Shown in pieces: positions 45,146 to 54,317 of a stretch of 64,000 bases of DNA. The position numbers and the translations under genes were made by a program. Below the pieces are notes generated by a model. It ran no database searches. It was not told the DNA's origin and was given only the letters and a program-made list of their open reading frames with translations. Source of the stretch: Candidatus Daviesbacteria bacterium (lineage in GTDB: Bacteria; Patescibacteriota; Microgenomatia; Daviesbacterales; UBA10151); contig JAQUSJ010000002.1 in the NCBI GenBank assembly GCA_028715175.1, forward strand, positions 22,285-86,284, in the 5' to 3' direction. Numbering within the stretch: position 1 is the first letter of the stretch; the number at the start of each line of letters is the position of its first letter.

Positions 45146-47389
45146 ATGCCCACAGGGCCAAAGAAAAAGAATCATTTAAAGCCTTCCCCAAAAAATCTTA
45201 CTCTCCTTTTGGTCAAAATTATCCTGATTAAAATAGGTGATATGCCGCTTCGCTTGCTTCAATGTACAATGTACAATGTACAATGTACAATTCGAATCTT
45301 TCCAAAAATTATACATTCTACATTTTCAATTCTGCATTTTGCGCGGCTTCACCGCGCAAGAGGCCGGCCTAAGAAACTACGCTTCTCCAAAAAATCCAAA
45401 ATCATATTTGTTTTTTCAGTCTTTGTGGTCTTTATTATTTCGTATACTATCTTTCTCTTGACCGCAGCTTACCAGCTCCCGACACCTACCAGGCTTATCT
45501 ATTCTAACGAACCTCTCACCACTGAATTTTATGACAGGAACGGTAGTTTGCTTTACAGACTCTATGAGGGCAAAAACCGCACTCTGATTAAACTTCCGGA
45601 AGTCCCGAAAAATTTAATCCAAGCCACCATTGCTATTGAAGATCAAAATTTCTATCACCACATCGGTATTGACCCGTTAGCCATTATCCGTGCCTTTTAT
45701 CAAAATCTCAAAAATGGTAGCTACGAGGGAGCCTCCACCATTACCCAACAACTTATCAAAAATTCCCTGCTCACTCCTGAGCGAACCTATACCCGTAAAT
45801 TGCGCGAGATTATTTTGGCTTTATGGACCGAGAGAATCTATTCAAAAGATCAAATTTTACAAATGTATTTTAATGAAGCCCCATACGGAGGAACTAATAT
45901 CGGAATTGCAGCAGCTGCTCAGACTTATTTTGGCAAATCCCCATCTGATCTTAATTTGGCAGAAAGCGCTTTCTTGGCCGGACTGCCTGCATCTCCCACC
46001 CAGTTTTCTCCTTATGGATCAGCGCCTGAGTTGGCTAAACTCCGGCAAAAAGAGGTTTTAGGCAGGATGGTTAAAGAGAAATATATCACGGAAGAAGAGT
46101 CAGCAGCAGCTTTTGCAGAAAATCTCAATCTCAAACCCCTCAGCAACGATATCCATGCTCCACATTTTGTAATGTATGTGCGGGATTTACTCTCCCAAAA
46201 GTATGGCCAGAGAGTTGTCTCTCAGGGAGGTCTTAAAATTTATACCACCCTAGATCTTGATTTACAAGAAAAGGTGGAACAAATTGTCAAGGAAGAGGTG
46301 GAAAAATTAGCTTCTTTGAATGTCCAAAATGGAGCAGCCATGATTACTGATGTGGGAACTAACCAGATTTTGGCTATGGTTGGCTCAAAAGATTACCATG
46401 AGCCCAAATACGGCAATTTTAATGTAACACTCTCAGCACGCCAACCAGGCTCCTCCATCAAAGTCATCACTTATGCTACGGCTTTTAAAAAAGGTTTCAG
46501 TCCGGGAAATACTATTTTAGACGCTCCTGTCACATTCAAAGACGGCCCTAGAAGCTATTCTCCCATCAACTATGACAATGCATTTCACGGACCGGTTTCT
46601 ATCCGTACAGCAATTGGGTCATCTTACAATGTACCTGCAGTTAAAATGCTCTCCACTGTGGGTGTAGATGAAATGATCAAAACTGCCAAAGATTTAGGAA
46701 TTACCACCTTCAATGATCCTGCTAGATTCGGCCTGTCTTTAACTTTGGGCGGCGGAGAAATTAAAATGATTGATATGATGTCTGTTTACGATTCTTTGGC
46801 AAATTTGGGAATTAGAAAATCTCCGACTCCGTTTTTGAAAGTAACTGATTCAAGCGGCAATGTTTTGGAAGAATATAACAATTCAGGAAAAAGGGTCTTA
46901 CAATCGGAAATTGCCTATCTTCTCACTGACATTTTAAAGGATAACAAAGCCAGAACCCCTGCCTTCGGACCTTCCTCCCTTCTTCAAATTCCAGGTTTTG
47001 AGGTGGCGGTTAAAACCGGCACTTCTGACAATAAAAGGGATAATTGGACGTTTGGCTACACCCCGAAATTTGTGGTAGGTGTGTGGGTGGGTAATCCTGA
47101 TAATTCGCCTATGAATCCTGCCTTAACTTCCGGCATCACGGGCGCCGCTCCAATTTGGAATAAGATAATGCATACGCTTTTGGATGAAACTCAACCTCTT
47201 GCATTCCAAAAACCAGCTGGATTACTCGAGGCCACCATTGATGGAAGAAAAGATTTAACTCTGGCAGGATTAATCCCCAAAGCCATGGTGAGGGTAACCA
47301 GAAATGAAGATAAAATTACTTTTTCTGACAGCTTCTCATCCTATGCTACATCTTCTGCCCAGGCTAATCCAACACAACCCAACCTCTAA
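45146..47389 (+). CDS. Class A penicillin-binding protein (transglycosylase/transpeptidase)
   Basis: EDQNFYHH, GASTITQQL, RKLRE; SSIK, SYN, KTGT. Confidence 0.95.
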   Translation: MPTGPKKKNHLKPSPKNLTLLLVKIILIKIGDMPLRLLQCTMYNVQCTIRIFPKIIHSTFSILHFARLHRARGRPKKLRFSKKSKIIFVFSVFVVFIISYTIFLLTAAYQLPTPTRLIYSNEPLTTEFYDRNGSLLYRLYEGKNRTLIKLPEVPKNLIQATIAIEDQNFYHHIGIDPLAIIRAFYQNLKNGSYEGASTITQQLIKNSLLTPERTYTRKLREIILALWTERIYSKDQILQMYFNEAPYGGTNIGIAAAAQTYFGKSPSDLNLAESAFLAGLPASPTQFSPYGSAPELAKLRQKEVLGRMVKEKYITEEESAAAFAENLNLKPLSNDIHAPHFVMYVRDLLSQKYGQRVVSQGGLKIYTTLDLDLQEKVEQIVKEEVEKLASLNVQNGAAMITDVGTNQILAMVGSKDYHEPKYGNFNVTLSARQPGSSIKVITYATAFKKGFSPGNTILDAPVTFKDGPRSYSPINYDNAFHGPVSIRTAIGSSYNVPAVKMLSTVGVDEMIKTAKDLGITTFNDPARFGLSLTLGGGEIKMIDMMSVYDSLANLGIRKSPTPFLKVTDSSGNVLEEYNNSGKRVLQSEIAYLLTDILKDNKARTPAFGPSSLLQIPGFEVAVKTGTSDNKRDNWTFGYTPKFVVGVWVGNPDNSPMNPALTSGITGAAPIWNKIMHTLLDETQPLAFQKPAGLLEATIDGRKDLTLAGLIPKAMVRVTRNEDKITFSDSFSSYATSSAQANPTQPNL

Positions 47390-47756
47390 GATCTTTTTTG
47401 GGAAATTTGACCGGGGATGTAATGAAACGGGAAGAATCCCCTATAAAAATTAGAGTTCCATATTTACTATTTGTCTTATTGGTCCAATAGGCCTTGTCTG
47501 CTGCCAGGTCTTTCTCGTACTCTTTTTGAATCCCGGCCATATCTTCCGGAGAAATACCGTCAAAAAAAATCACTTTTTTGACCCGAAATTCACCAATTAT
47601 TTCTTTGCCGGAAGGTTTTATATAAACCAAATCCCCGCTTGAAATCATCCCAAATGGCACTGTTTTAACCTTTGAAAAACGGGATTCGACCCTTTTTTGC
47701 CCGGAAAGTATCAACTCCCCTGCTTTCCCTTTAAAAATAGCCAAATGCTTTTTCAT
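47364..47756 (-). CDS. ASCH-domain-like protein
   Basis: ILSGQKRVESR...GDLVY. Confidence 0.7.
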   Translation of the reverse strand: MKKHLAIFKGKAGELILSGQKRVESRFSKVKTVPFGMISSGDLVYIKPSGKEIIGEFRVKKVIFFDGISPEDMAGIQKEYEKDLAADKAYWTNKTNSKYGTLIFIGDSSRFITSPVKFPKKDLRGWVVLD

Positions 47757-47862
47757 TGTTGCAATTATATCACCGTCTTTGTTATACTTGATACGTTAAG
47801 CTACCATTAACGTATCTTGACAAAGTTCCTCCAAAATGGAGGATTTTTTAAACCTAAAATGT

Positions 47863-48048
47863 ATGCCTAATATCTTTAATTTTCTGAGGGAGGTCAAAGA
47901 GGAATTAGTAAAAGTTACCTGGCCCAGTCAGGAACAAACTATCCGGTATACTGTTTTAGTTATACTTGTAGCTGCAGTAGTGGGACTGTTCTTGGGAGGT
48001 TTGGATTATATTTTAACTGCTATTACAGCTTTTCTATTAAATAAATAA
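47863..48048 (+). CDS. secE: Preprotein translocase subunit SecE
   Basis: EVKEELVKVTWPS plus one TM ending LD; upstream of nusG. Confidence 0.93.
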   Translation: MPNIFNFLREVKEELVKVTWPSQEQTIRYTVLVILVAAVVGLFLGGLDYILTAITAFLLNK

Positions 48049-48050
48049 TT

Positions 48051-48743
48051 ATGGACGATAATAAGCAGAAAACTAAACCTACTAAGACGATAGATAATGG
48101 AAAGATGGAAGATAGTACTTTGAAGATGGAGGGTGGAAAATCAGAACAAGACGATCAATCCTCTACCATCAAAGTTCAATCTTCTACTGTCGATCTTCCA
48201 TCGTCAAAAAATGATAACCCTGATGCCCGCTGGTATGTTGTTCACACCTATTCCGGTCATGAGAACAAGGTTGCCTTGACCTTGAAACAGCGGGTTGAAT
48301 CAGAGCATCTGGAAGAGAAAATTTTAGATGTTTTGGTGCCTACGCAGGAAAAAATTGAGATCAAAAGCGGCAAAAAGGTCAATGTCAAAGAGAAAATTTT
48401 CCCTGGTTACATCTTAGTAAAAATGGTGTTGGATGATGCTTCCTGGCTGGCGGTCCGGACTACCCAGGGCGTAACCAGCTTTGTAGGTATGGGCAATAAA
48501 CCAACCCCGATCTCTGATAGTGAAGTTGCAACCATCGTCAAATTTACTCAAACAGAAGCTCCGATGTATAAACAGGTTTTTGCAGTTTCCGATGCGGTCA
48601 AGATTGTGGATGGACCTTTTGCCGACTTTATCGGTAAAATTGACTCTGTTGACGGCGAAAAAGGCAAAGTGAGAGTTTTGGTGTCCATATTCGGGCGCGA
48701 AACTCCGGTGGAACTGGACTTTTTACAAATAAAGAAAATATAA
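48051..48743 (+). CDS. nusG: Transcription factor NusG with a repeat-derived N-terminal extension
   Basis: [30 protein letters not shown]. Confidence 0.96.
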   Translation: MDDNKQKTKPTKTIDNGKMEDSTLKMEGGKSEQDDQSSTIKVQSSTVDLPSSKNDNPDARWYVVHTYSGHENKVALTLKQRVESEHLEEKILDVLVPTQEKIEIKSGKKVNVKEKIFPGYILVKMVLDDASWLAVRTTQGVTSFVGMGNKPTPISDSEVATIVKFTQTEAPMYKQVFAVSDAVKIVDGPFADFIGKIDSVDGEKGKVRVLVSIFGRETPVELDFLQIKKI

Positions 48744-48747
48744 ATCT

Positions 48748-49173
48748 ATGGCTAAAAAGATTAAAACATTGATAAAACTAAATATCCCTGCAGGAGAAGC
48801 TACTCCTGCTCCTCCGGTTGGCCCGGCCTTGGGTCAGCATGGTTTGCCTATTATGGAGTTTGTCAAAGCTTTTAATGATAGAACCCAGGATAAAAAAGGC
48901 AATATCTTGCCGGTTGTTATTACGGTTTACGAAGACCGCACTTTTTCTTTTATTACTAAAGAACCGCCGGTTGCGGAAATGATTAAAAAGACGCTGGGTT
49001 TGGAAAAGGGATCCGGAACTGCGCTTAAAGCTCCTGTAGGCTCACTAACGACAGCTCAAATAAAAGCTATTGCCGAAGCTAAATTGCCTGATCTAAATAC
49101 TAAAAATGTGGAAGCTGCGGAAAAAATAGTTGAAGGAACTGCCAAAAGCATGGGGGTGAAAATCGGTGGGTAG
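48748..49173 (+). CDS. rplK: 50S ribosomal protein L11
   Basis: [19 protein letters not shown]. Confidence 0.97.
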   Translation: MAKKIKTLIKLNIPAGEATPAPPVGPALGQHGLPIMEFVKAFNDRTQDKKGNILPVVITVYEDRTFSFITKEPPVAEMIKKTLGLEKGSGTALKAPVGSLTTAQIKAIAEAKLPDLNTKNVEAAEKIVEGTAKSMGVKIGG

Positions 49174-50107
49174 ACCAAGAATTAAAACAATTGATGATTC
49201 GGCTCCAGAAGTTGAAGAAAAAAAGCAAAAAACTAAACCCGGTAAGGCGGAGCGAGCGAAGGTTGAAACTGACAAAGCAAGTGGCGAAGTTGAAACCACA
49301 GAATCTGTCATTGCGAGCGAAGCCGAAGGCGAAGCGCGGCAATCTTCCGTGGATGAAAAAGATCGCCACGTCGTCCCACAAAGCGGGACTCCTCGCGATG
49401 ACGAAAAAAAAGAAACAAAGAAATCACAAAAACCAGGAAAAGCCAAACCAAGAAGCAAGAAATACCAGGAAGCAGTCAAAAATCTGGACAGAACCAAAAC
49501 ATATCCACTTCCAGAAGCAGTTGACATGGTCAAAAAAATGTCTTATTCTAAAATTAATGCCACCTTAGAAGCGCATATAAACACCGCGCAAACGGGTATT
49601 CGTGGTTACGTCTCCTTACCCTATGCGAAAGGTCGTCAGTTACGCATCTTATGTTTTGGGCCCTCGACCGCCTCGCAACTTGAGGGAGTAGTTTTTGGTA
49701 CCGATTCCACTATTGAAGAGATTAATAAGCAGAGCTTGTCAGTTAAGGCTGGTAAAGGCAAAATTGATTTTGATCTGATTATTAGCACACCTGATTGGAT
49801 GCCTAAACTTGCCAAAGTGGCAAGAATTTTAGGGCCAAGAAGCTTAATGCCCAATCCAAAAAACGGCACAATCACCAATGATATAAAAAAAGCAGTAGAG
49901 AGTTTTCAGACAGGAAAAACAGAGTATAAAACCGAAGCCAAAGCTCCTGTTATCCATATAGCAATGGGCAAATTGGATCAGCCTAACGAGGAACTGGTAG
50001 CTAATATTAAAACTTTGCTGCAGACTTTAGGTAAAACCAGAATTAAAAAGATCACCCTTTCCCCCACCATGGGGCCAGGGGTTAAAATAGATCTAGCTTC
50101 TGTTTAA
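49166..50107 (+). CDS. rplA: 50S ribosomal protein L1 with an N-terminal extension
   Basis: [25 protein letters not shown]. Confidence 0.95.
   Translation: MGRPRIKTIDDSAPEVEEKKQKTKPGKAERAKVETDKASGEVETTESVIASEAEGEARQSSVDEKDRHVVPQSGTPRDDEKKETKKSQKPGKAKPRSKKYQEAVKNLDRTKTYPLPEAVDMVKKMSYSKINATLEAHINTAQTGIRGYVSLPYAKGRQLRILCFGPSTASQLEGVVFGTDSTIEEINKQSLSVKAGKGKIDFDLIISTPDWMPKLAKVARILGPRSLMPNPKNGTITNDIKKAVESFQTGKTEYKTEAKAPVIHIAMGKLDQPNEELVANIKTLLQTLGKTRIKKITLSPTMGPGVKIDLASV
49307..49402. repeat. GTCAT...ATGAC palindromic element in frame in rplA (32 codons)
   Basis: GTCATTGCGAG...CTCGCGATGAC; translates as [13 protein letters not shown]...TPRDD. Confidence 0.8.
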
Positions 50108-51076
50108 TACTTTTTTCAAAAGAACTCTGACCTCAATTTTTAAACTATAAACAGAAATCAATCCAAAAATTAACACAAAAATGGCTGAAAGTATATGAAA
50201 CAACACTATCATAGCTGAGGCTAGATTTGGCAGAATTCCAAAAACCCCTGAAAGTATTAAAAGCCCAGACGCTTCAGCCGAGCCCACATACCCGGGAGCT
50301 GCAGGTACAAGATAAGTCAGGGCAGACAGTAGTTGACCCAAATACATCTTAAAATAATCCTGGTTTGCTCCCAGGGCAATGAAAGTAAAATACCAAATCG
50401 CTGCATCTGCCCCATATGCCAGAATTGTTATACCGGTCATAAGACATAAATCTTTTGGATGCCTGTCCAGGATCGAAAAGGATTCTAAAATGAATGCACT
50501 AAACTTATCAAAATATATCTTAATACGATTAACTATTAAAATATATCGCAAAATTTTAAACAATTTCTTGGTAAAATCTATTCTAAATACTGCAAGATAA
50601 GTAAAAAACAGGGCTGCGATTAGTATAATCGTTATAATAATTACAAAAGTTATATTAAGAGCGGTCGGAACAAGAAAAAACAAGACTGAAGCCAAAAGCA
50701 ATACTGCCAAAAAATCTACAAACCTGTCAATAAATATCCAGATTACAGATTTCCCAAGGGGTAATTTACAGTGAGTATTAAGATAAATACCTTTAACAAT
50801 CTCCCCTGCTCTAACAGGTATAAAAAAATTAAGCATCATCGCTACTCCATTCAAATAAATTAAATCTGATACTTTAAGTTTCATTATTTCCGATAAGAAT
50901 ACTTTAAGCCTAATCGCGCGCAATACAGGGGAAGCCAGCATAAAAAAAAGGATTGGCGCCAGATAGGCTAAATTTACCCCTGAAATCACGGAGAAAACCT
51001 GGCCTATATCAACAAAACGGGACCAGATAAAAATTAAGATTATGCCTAAAATGGTGTTAAAAAGAATTTTAAACAT
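50093..51076 (-). CDS. Flippase-like (lysylphosphatidylglycerol synthase TM) protein
   Basis: NFFIPVRAGE, DRFVD, PAAPGYVGSAE. Confidence 0.85.
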   Translation of the reverse strand: MFKILFNTILGIILIFIWSRFVDIGQVFSVISGVNLAYLAPILFFMLASPVLRAIRLKVFLSEIMKLKVSDLIYLNGVAMMLNFFIPVRAGEIVKGIYLNTHCKLPLGKSVIWIFIDRFVDFLAVLLLASVLFFLVPTALNITFVIIITIILIAALFFTYLAVFRIDFTKKLFKILRYILIVNRIKIYFDKFSAFILESFSILDRHPKDLCLMTGITILAYGADAAIWYFTFIALGANQDYFKMYLGQLLSALTYLVPAAPGYVGSAEASGLLILSGVFGILPNLASAMIVLFHILSAIFVLIFGLISVYSLKIEVRVLLKKVLNRS

Positions 51077-51113
51077 CGCTTGCCAACTTACTATTATAAA
51101 TATACACTAATAG

Positions 51114-51200
51114 TAGCTATCAGTCATCAGCTCTCAGCTGTCAGACTTAATATCTGATGACTGATGACTGATGACTGATGACTGATGACTGATGACTGAT
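51114..51200. repeat. Heptamer-arm element, copy 6, with a homogenised (CTGATGA)x6 arm
   Basis: TAGCTATCAGTCATCAGCTCTCAGCTGTCAGAC-ttaata-T(CTGATGA)6CTGAT. Confidence 0.9.
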
Positions 51201-51203
51201 AAA

Positions 51204-52073
51204 ATGTTTTCAACTTTTAAACAAAAATTATTTTTAGGAATATATATTTTTCTTCTGCTAACGATCCCTGTCGGATCATATCTTGTTTCACAATACCAAA
51301 CTATTCAAAGCAGCGCAAAGGAGCAAAAAAACACCAAATCAATAGCCAGGGTCACACCAAAACCTACAACTTCACCCTCCAAAGAACTGCTAAGCGCTTC
51401 TCAAACCAGCGTCTCTCAGGGCGATTCCGCCTCGCCTGCCCCGTCTCCCACCGCTGATCCGACAATAGCCACCTCGTACGGCCCTACGCTATCTTTCAAA
51501 GCGACTTTGGAAGGCAGTCCCAAAGATAATCAAACAACCAGGATGTTTATAGGGATTGCGGAAGGAGCGCTCTCATCAAACCCCAAGTTCCTGCTTAGTT
51601 TTAGCGTGAATTTACCTGCTTCCGGGGAATACGGCAATATCTCCCTGGCCGGTTTGAATTCCGGAACACAATATACGGCACTCTTAAAGGGCGCTTCCCA
51701 GATTGCCGTCTCTTCTGTATTTACTATGTCACCTTCGGTTTCTACCTTAAACAACAATGAGCCTTTAAACCTAATCAGCGGAGATTTAAATGATGATAAT
51801 GTTATAAACAGCGCTGATTATTCTATTGCTCAAAAAGCGCTTGGTTCAACCTCAAAATCTTCCAACTGGAATGCCAATATCGATTTAAATAAAGATGGAG
51901 TAATAAATGCTTTTGATTTAGGCTTTATTACCAAAAACATGGGCCAAACCGGCGCTTCAGGCGCCTGGACCTCCCCTTTGCCTCAAGGCGCAACACCTTC
52001 TGCAAATCTTACTTCCCCTTCTATTGGTGGACCAGAAAGCTCCGGTGGCTATTGGATCTGGGTACCAAAGTAA
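51204..52073 (+). CDS. Membrane-anchored protein with a dockerin-like domain
   Basis: TM, S/P/T linker, GDLNDDNVINSADY...DLNKDGVINAFDL. Confidence 0.82.
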   Translation: MFSTFKQKLFLGIYIFLLLTIPVGSYLVSQYQTIQSSAKEQKNTKSIARVTPKPTTSPSKELLSASQTSVSQGDSASPAPSPTADPTIATSYGPTLSFKATLEGSPKDNQTTRMFIGIAEGALSSNPKFLLSFSVNLPASGEYGNISLAGLNSGTQYTALLKGASQIAVSSVFTMSPSVSTLNNNEPLNLISGDLNDDNVINSADYSIAQKALGSTSKSSNWNANIDLNKDGVINAFDLGFITKNMGQTGASGAWTSPLPQGATPSANLTSPSIGGPESSGGYWIWVPK

Positions 52074-52074
52074 T

Positions 52075-52413
52075 TTAAGCCAGTTTGGCTCGGTGTTGTA
52101 AGATATTAGCCCAAGTTAGAATCCGCTCTGCCCAGTATAATTTTTCTTTTTCATTCTTTACTTCATTTCTGAATTTTTTAAAATCCGCCTGAAACTTTAT
52201 CAAAGTGGGTTTGAAATCTTCTGAAATATTTTGATCTGATAAATCGTCTAAATAATTTTCTGTTTGTTTGATAAATATATCGATGAGTGATTTATGGCTA
52301 ATATACGAATCTGCAATCCATTCACTAAGCCTTGCCATATTAACAGAAACGTTTAGTATTTGTTTATCTAAAGGCAAATCTGTTTGATGAGAAAAATGAG
52401 GACTATGTTTCAC
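52075..52413 (-). CDS. Helical hypothetical protein
   Basis: Overlaps the upstream gene by 4 nt (translational coupling). Confidence 0.65.
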   Translation of the reverse strand: MKHSPHFSHQTDLPLDKQILNVSVNMARLSEWIADSYISHKSLIDIFIKQTENYLDDLSDQNISEDFKPTLIKFQADFKKFRNEVKNEKEKLYWAERILTWANILQHRAKLA

Positions 52414-52739
52414 AGTAGTAGTTTCTCCACCACAACCTTAAATTTATCTCTGATTTCCTGCGACAGAATATCTCTGCTTGAATTTTCTTGATTAGGTCTA
52501 ACGTTAATCATGGAATTGTAATCTATTGTACCAGTTGCAAAATCTATACCGCCGCCCCACAAATTTTCCTGTTTGCATCCATATTCTAAGAGTACCTGTT
52601 CCTCGTCGTAATGCATTGCTGCTCCGCCTGCCAATATGCCTTTTTCAACATCCACCACAACTTTAGTATAGTTACCAAACTCATAACACATTTTTTCTAC
52701 TTGCTCTTCTGTAGCCTTTCTGGTCAAAACTATTGTCAT
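52410..52739 (-). CDS. DUF5674-like protein
   Basis: KVVVDVEKGILAGG..MHYD.E, NLWGG, SMINVRP. Confidence 0.75.
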   Translation of the reverse strand: MTIVLTRKATEEQVEKMCYEFGNYTKVVVDVEKGILAGGAAMHYDEEQVLLEYGCKQENLWGGGIDFATGTIDYNSMINVRPNQENSSRDILSQEIRDKFKVVVEKLLL

Positions 52740-52774
52740 TGACAAACATAATACCATAAGATAAAATACTTTTT

Positions 52775-52923
52775 GCTTAAGACAGTGAGCATATACATAA
52801 GACTCACCGAGGCGAATTAAATTAGCTATCAGTCTTCAGCTATCAGCTTTCAGACCTAAAAATTGTCTGACGACTGATGACTGACAGCTGACGACTATTC
52901 CTCGTTTAAGCGAGGATTTTTTT
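52775..52923 (+). promoter_or_regulatory. Ribosomal protein L10 leader with attenuator hairpin
   Basis: AAGACAGTGAG...CTCACCGAGG helix, then CCTCG-TTTAAG-CGAGG and a T-run just before rplJ. Confidence 0.7.
52823..52899. repeat. Heptamer-arm element, copy 7, inside the L10 leader
   Basis: TAGCTATCAGTCTTCAGCTATCAGCTTTCAGAC...GTCTGACGACTGATGACTGACAGCTGACGACTATT. Confidence 0.9.
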
Positions 52924-53448
52924 ATGGCTAAAACAAGACAACAAAAAGAAGATTCAGTTGCAAAATTATCAGAACAGCTAAGCAAGGCCAAGTCTGTAGT
53001 TTTTGCAGACTATAAAGGTTTGAGCATGAAACAATTATCCAATCTTCGGGATCAACTTCGTGAAGTAAACGGCGAATTTACTATTACCAAAAATACTCTA
53101 CTTCAACGCGCCCTACCAACTACCAACTACCAACTACCAACTGAATTAGAGGGTCCAACAGCCACACTTTTTGCATATGATGACGAAATTTCTCCTATCA
53201 AAATATTAGTCAAGACCTTAAAAGATGTTGCTTTGGGCAAAATAAAAAGCGGTTTCTTTGGAGGTACTGCATTAGATGAAGGAAAAATACTTCAACTTGC
53301 CGCTCTCCCTACAAAGTTAGAACTAAAAGGCCAGATCGTCGGAATCCTGGCTGCTCCTTTGCAAGGCATGGTTTCTGTACTTAATGGAAATTTACGTAAT
53401 CTAGTTTATGCATTAAATCAAATCAAAATATCGAAGGGAGGTGAATAA
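52924..53448 (+). CDS. rplJ: 50S ribosomal protein L10
   Basis: DYKGL, KNTL, GPTA, LAALP; carries a (CTACCAA)x4 insert. Confidence 0.96.
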   Translation: MAKTRQQKEDSVAKLSEQLSKAKSVVFADYKGLSMKQLSNLRDQLREVNGEFTITKNTLLQRALPTTNYQLPTELEGPTATLFAYDDEISPIKILVKTLKDVALGKIKSGFFGGTALDEGKILQLAALPTKLELKGQIVGILAAPLQGMVSVLNGNLRNLVYALNQIKISKGGE

Positions 53449-53524
53449 ATAGCTATCAGTCATCAGCTTTCAGCTATCAGACTTAAAAATCTGAAGACTG
53501 ACGACTGAAGACTGAAAGCTTATT
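53448..53524. repeat. Heptamer-arm element, copy 8, between rplJ and rplL
   Basis: TAGCTATCAGTCATCAGCTTTCAGCTATCAGAC...TCTGAAGACTGACGACTGAAGACTGAAAGCT. Confidence 0.9.
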
Positions 53525-53527
53525 AAT

Positions 53528-54109
53528 ATGGCAGATGATCAAAAACAAGATCAAGTAGTAGAAGAGACAGCGAAGTCTGAAACTGATAAAACCACCCCGG
53601 ACGGTGGTAGCGTGAGCGAAGCGAAGGCTGACTCCTCCGAGGTGAATGCAGCAGAAGCTCCAAAAGAGGCTGAACCTGTAAAAGAGCCAAAAGTAGAAGA
53701 GTCTAAAAAAGCTTCTAAACCAGTTTCAGCTAATCTGGAAAAAATCATAGAACAGATTGAAAAACTGTCTGTTTTAGAGTTGGCTGATTTAGTTCATGCG
53801 CTGGAAGACAGATTTGGTGTTTCGGCTTCAGCTCCGGTAGCAGCTGCAGCCGCAGGCGCAGGTCCAGCAGCAACAGGTGAGCCGGCAGAGGAAAAAACAA
53901 CATTTAATGTTGTCCTCTCGGGTGCAGGAGCAAATAAAATTGCAGTTATTAAAGCTGTCAGAGAACTCGTCCAAACTTTGGGCCTTAAAGAAGCCAAAGA
54001 TTTGGTAGAAGCAGCTCCAAAACCTGTTTTGGAAGGAGTTAATAAAGCCACAGCTGAAGAAGCTAAAACTAAATTAACAGCCGCAGGAGCAACAGTTGAA
54101 TTACAATAA
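53528..54109 (+). CDS. rplL: 50S ribosomal protein L7/L12 with an acidic N-terminal extension
   Basis: [37 protein letters not shown]. Confidence 0.96.
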   Translation: MADDQKQDQVVEETAKSETDKTTPDGGSVSEAKADSSEVNAAEAPKEAEPVKEPKVEESKKASKPVSANLEKIIEQIEKLSVLELADLVHALEDRFGVSASAPVAAAAAGAGPAATGEPAEEKTTFNVVLSGAGANKIAVIKAVRELVQTLGLKEAKDLVEAAPKPVLEGVNKATAEEAKTKLTAAGATVELQ

Positions 54110-54118
54110 TCTTTCTAA

Positions 54119-54265
54119 GAGCGGCGAAGTCGCAAGTAGTCAAAAAATGTTGTTAGTTTTGCGTAACTAACTTCGATGATTCGAGATCATTAGTAGACGC
54201 AAAACTAACACAAGTAAGCAAGTCTCTACCGTGCGAGCGGTTTTTTGCACTGCGACGAACCGCTC
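54119..54265. repeat. ~146-bp structured repeat, copy A (intergenic)
   Basis: Shares CGAAGTC.CAAGTAGTCAAAAAATGTTG and AGCAAGTCTCTACCGT.CGAGCGGTTTTTTGCACTGCGACGA with 56431-56575. Confidence 0.88.
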
Positions 54266-54317
54266 AAATACCACCCCTTGACACTCTCTGTTTTGTTATG
54301 ATATACAAAGAGTTAGT

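Noticed and set aside
51114-51200. Possible CRISPR array in the short periodic repeats
   Set aside because: The units are 7-nt tandems with no unique spacers, and no cas gene is visible.
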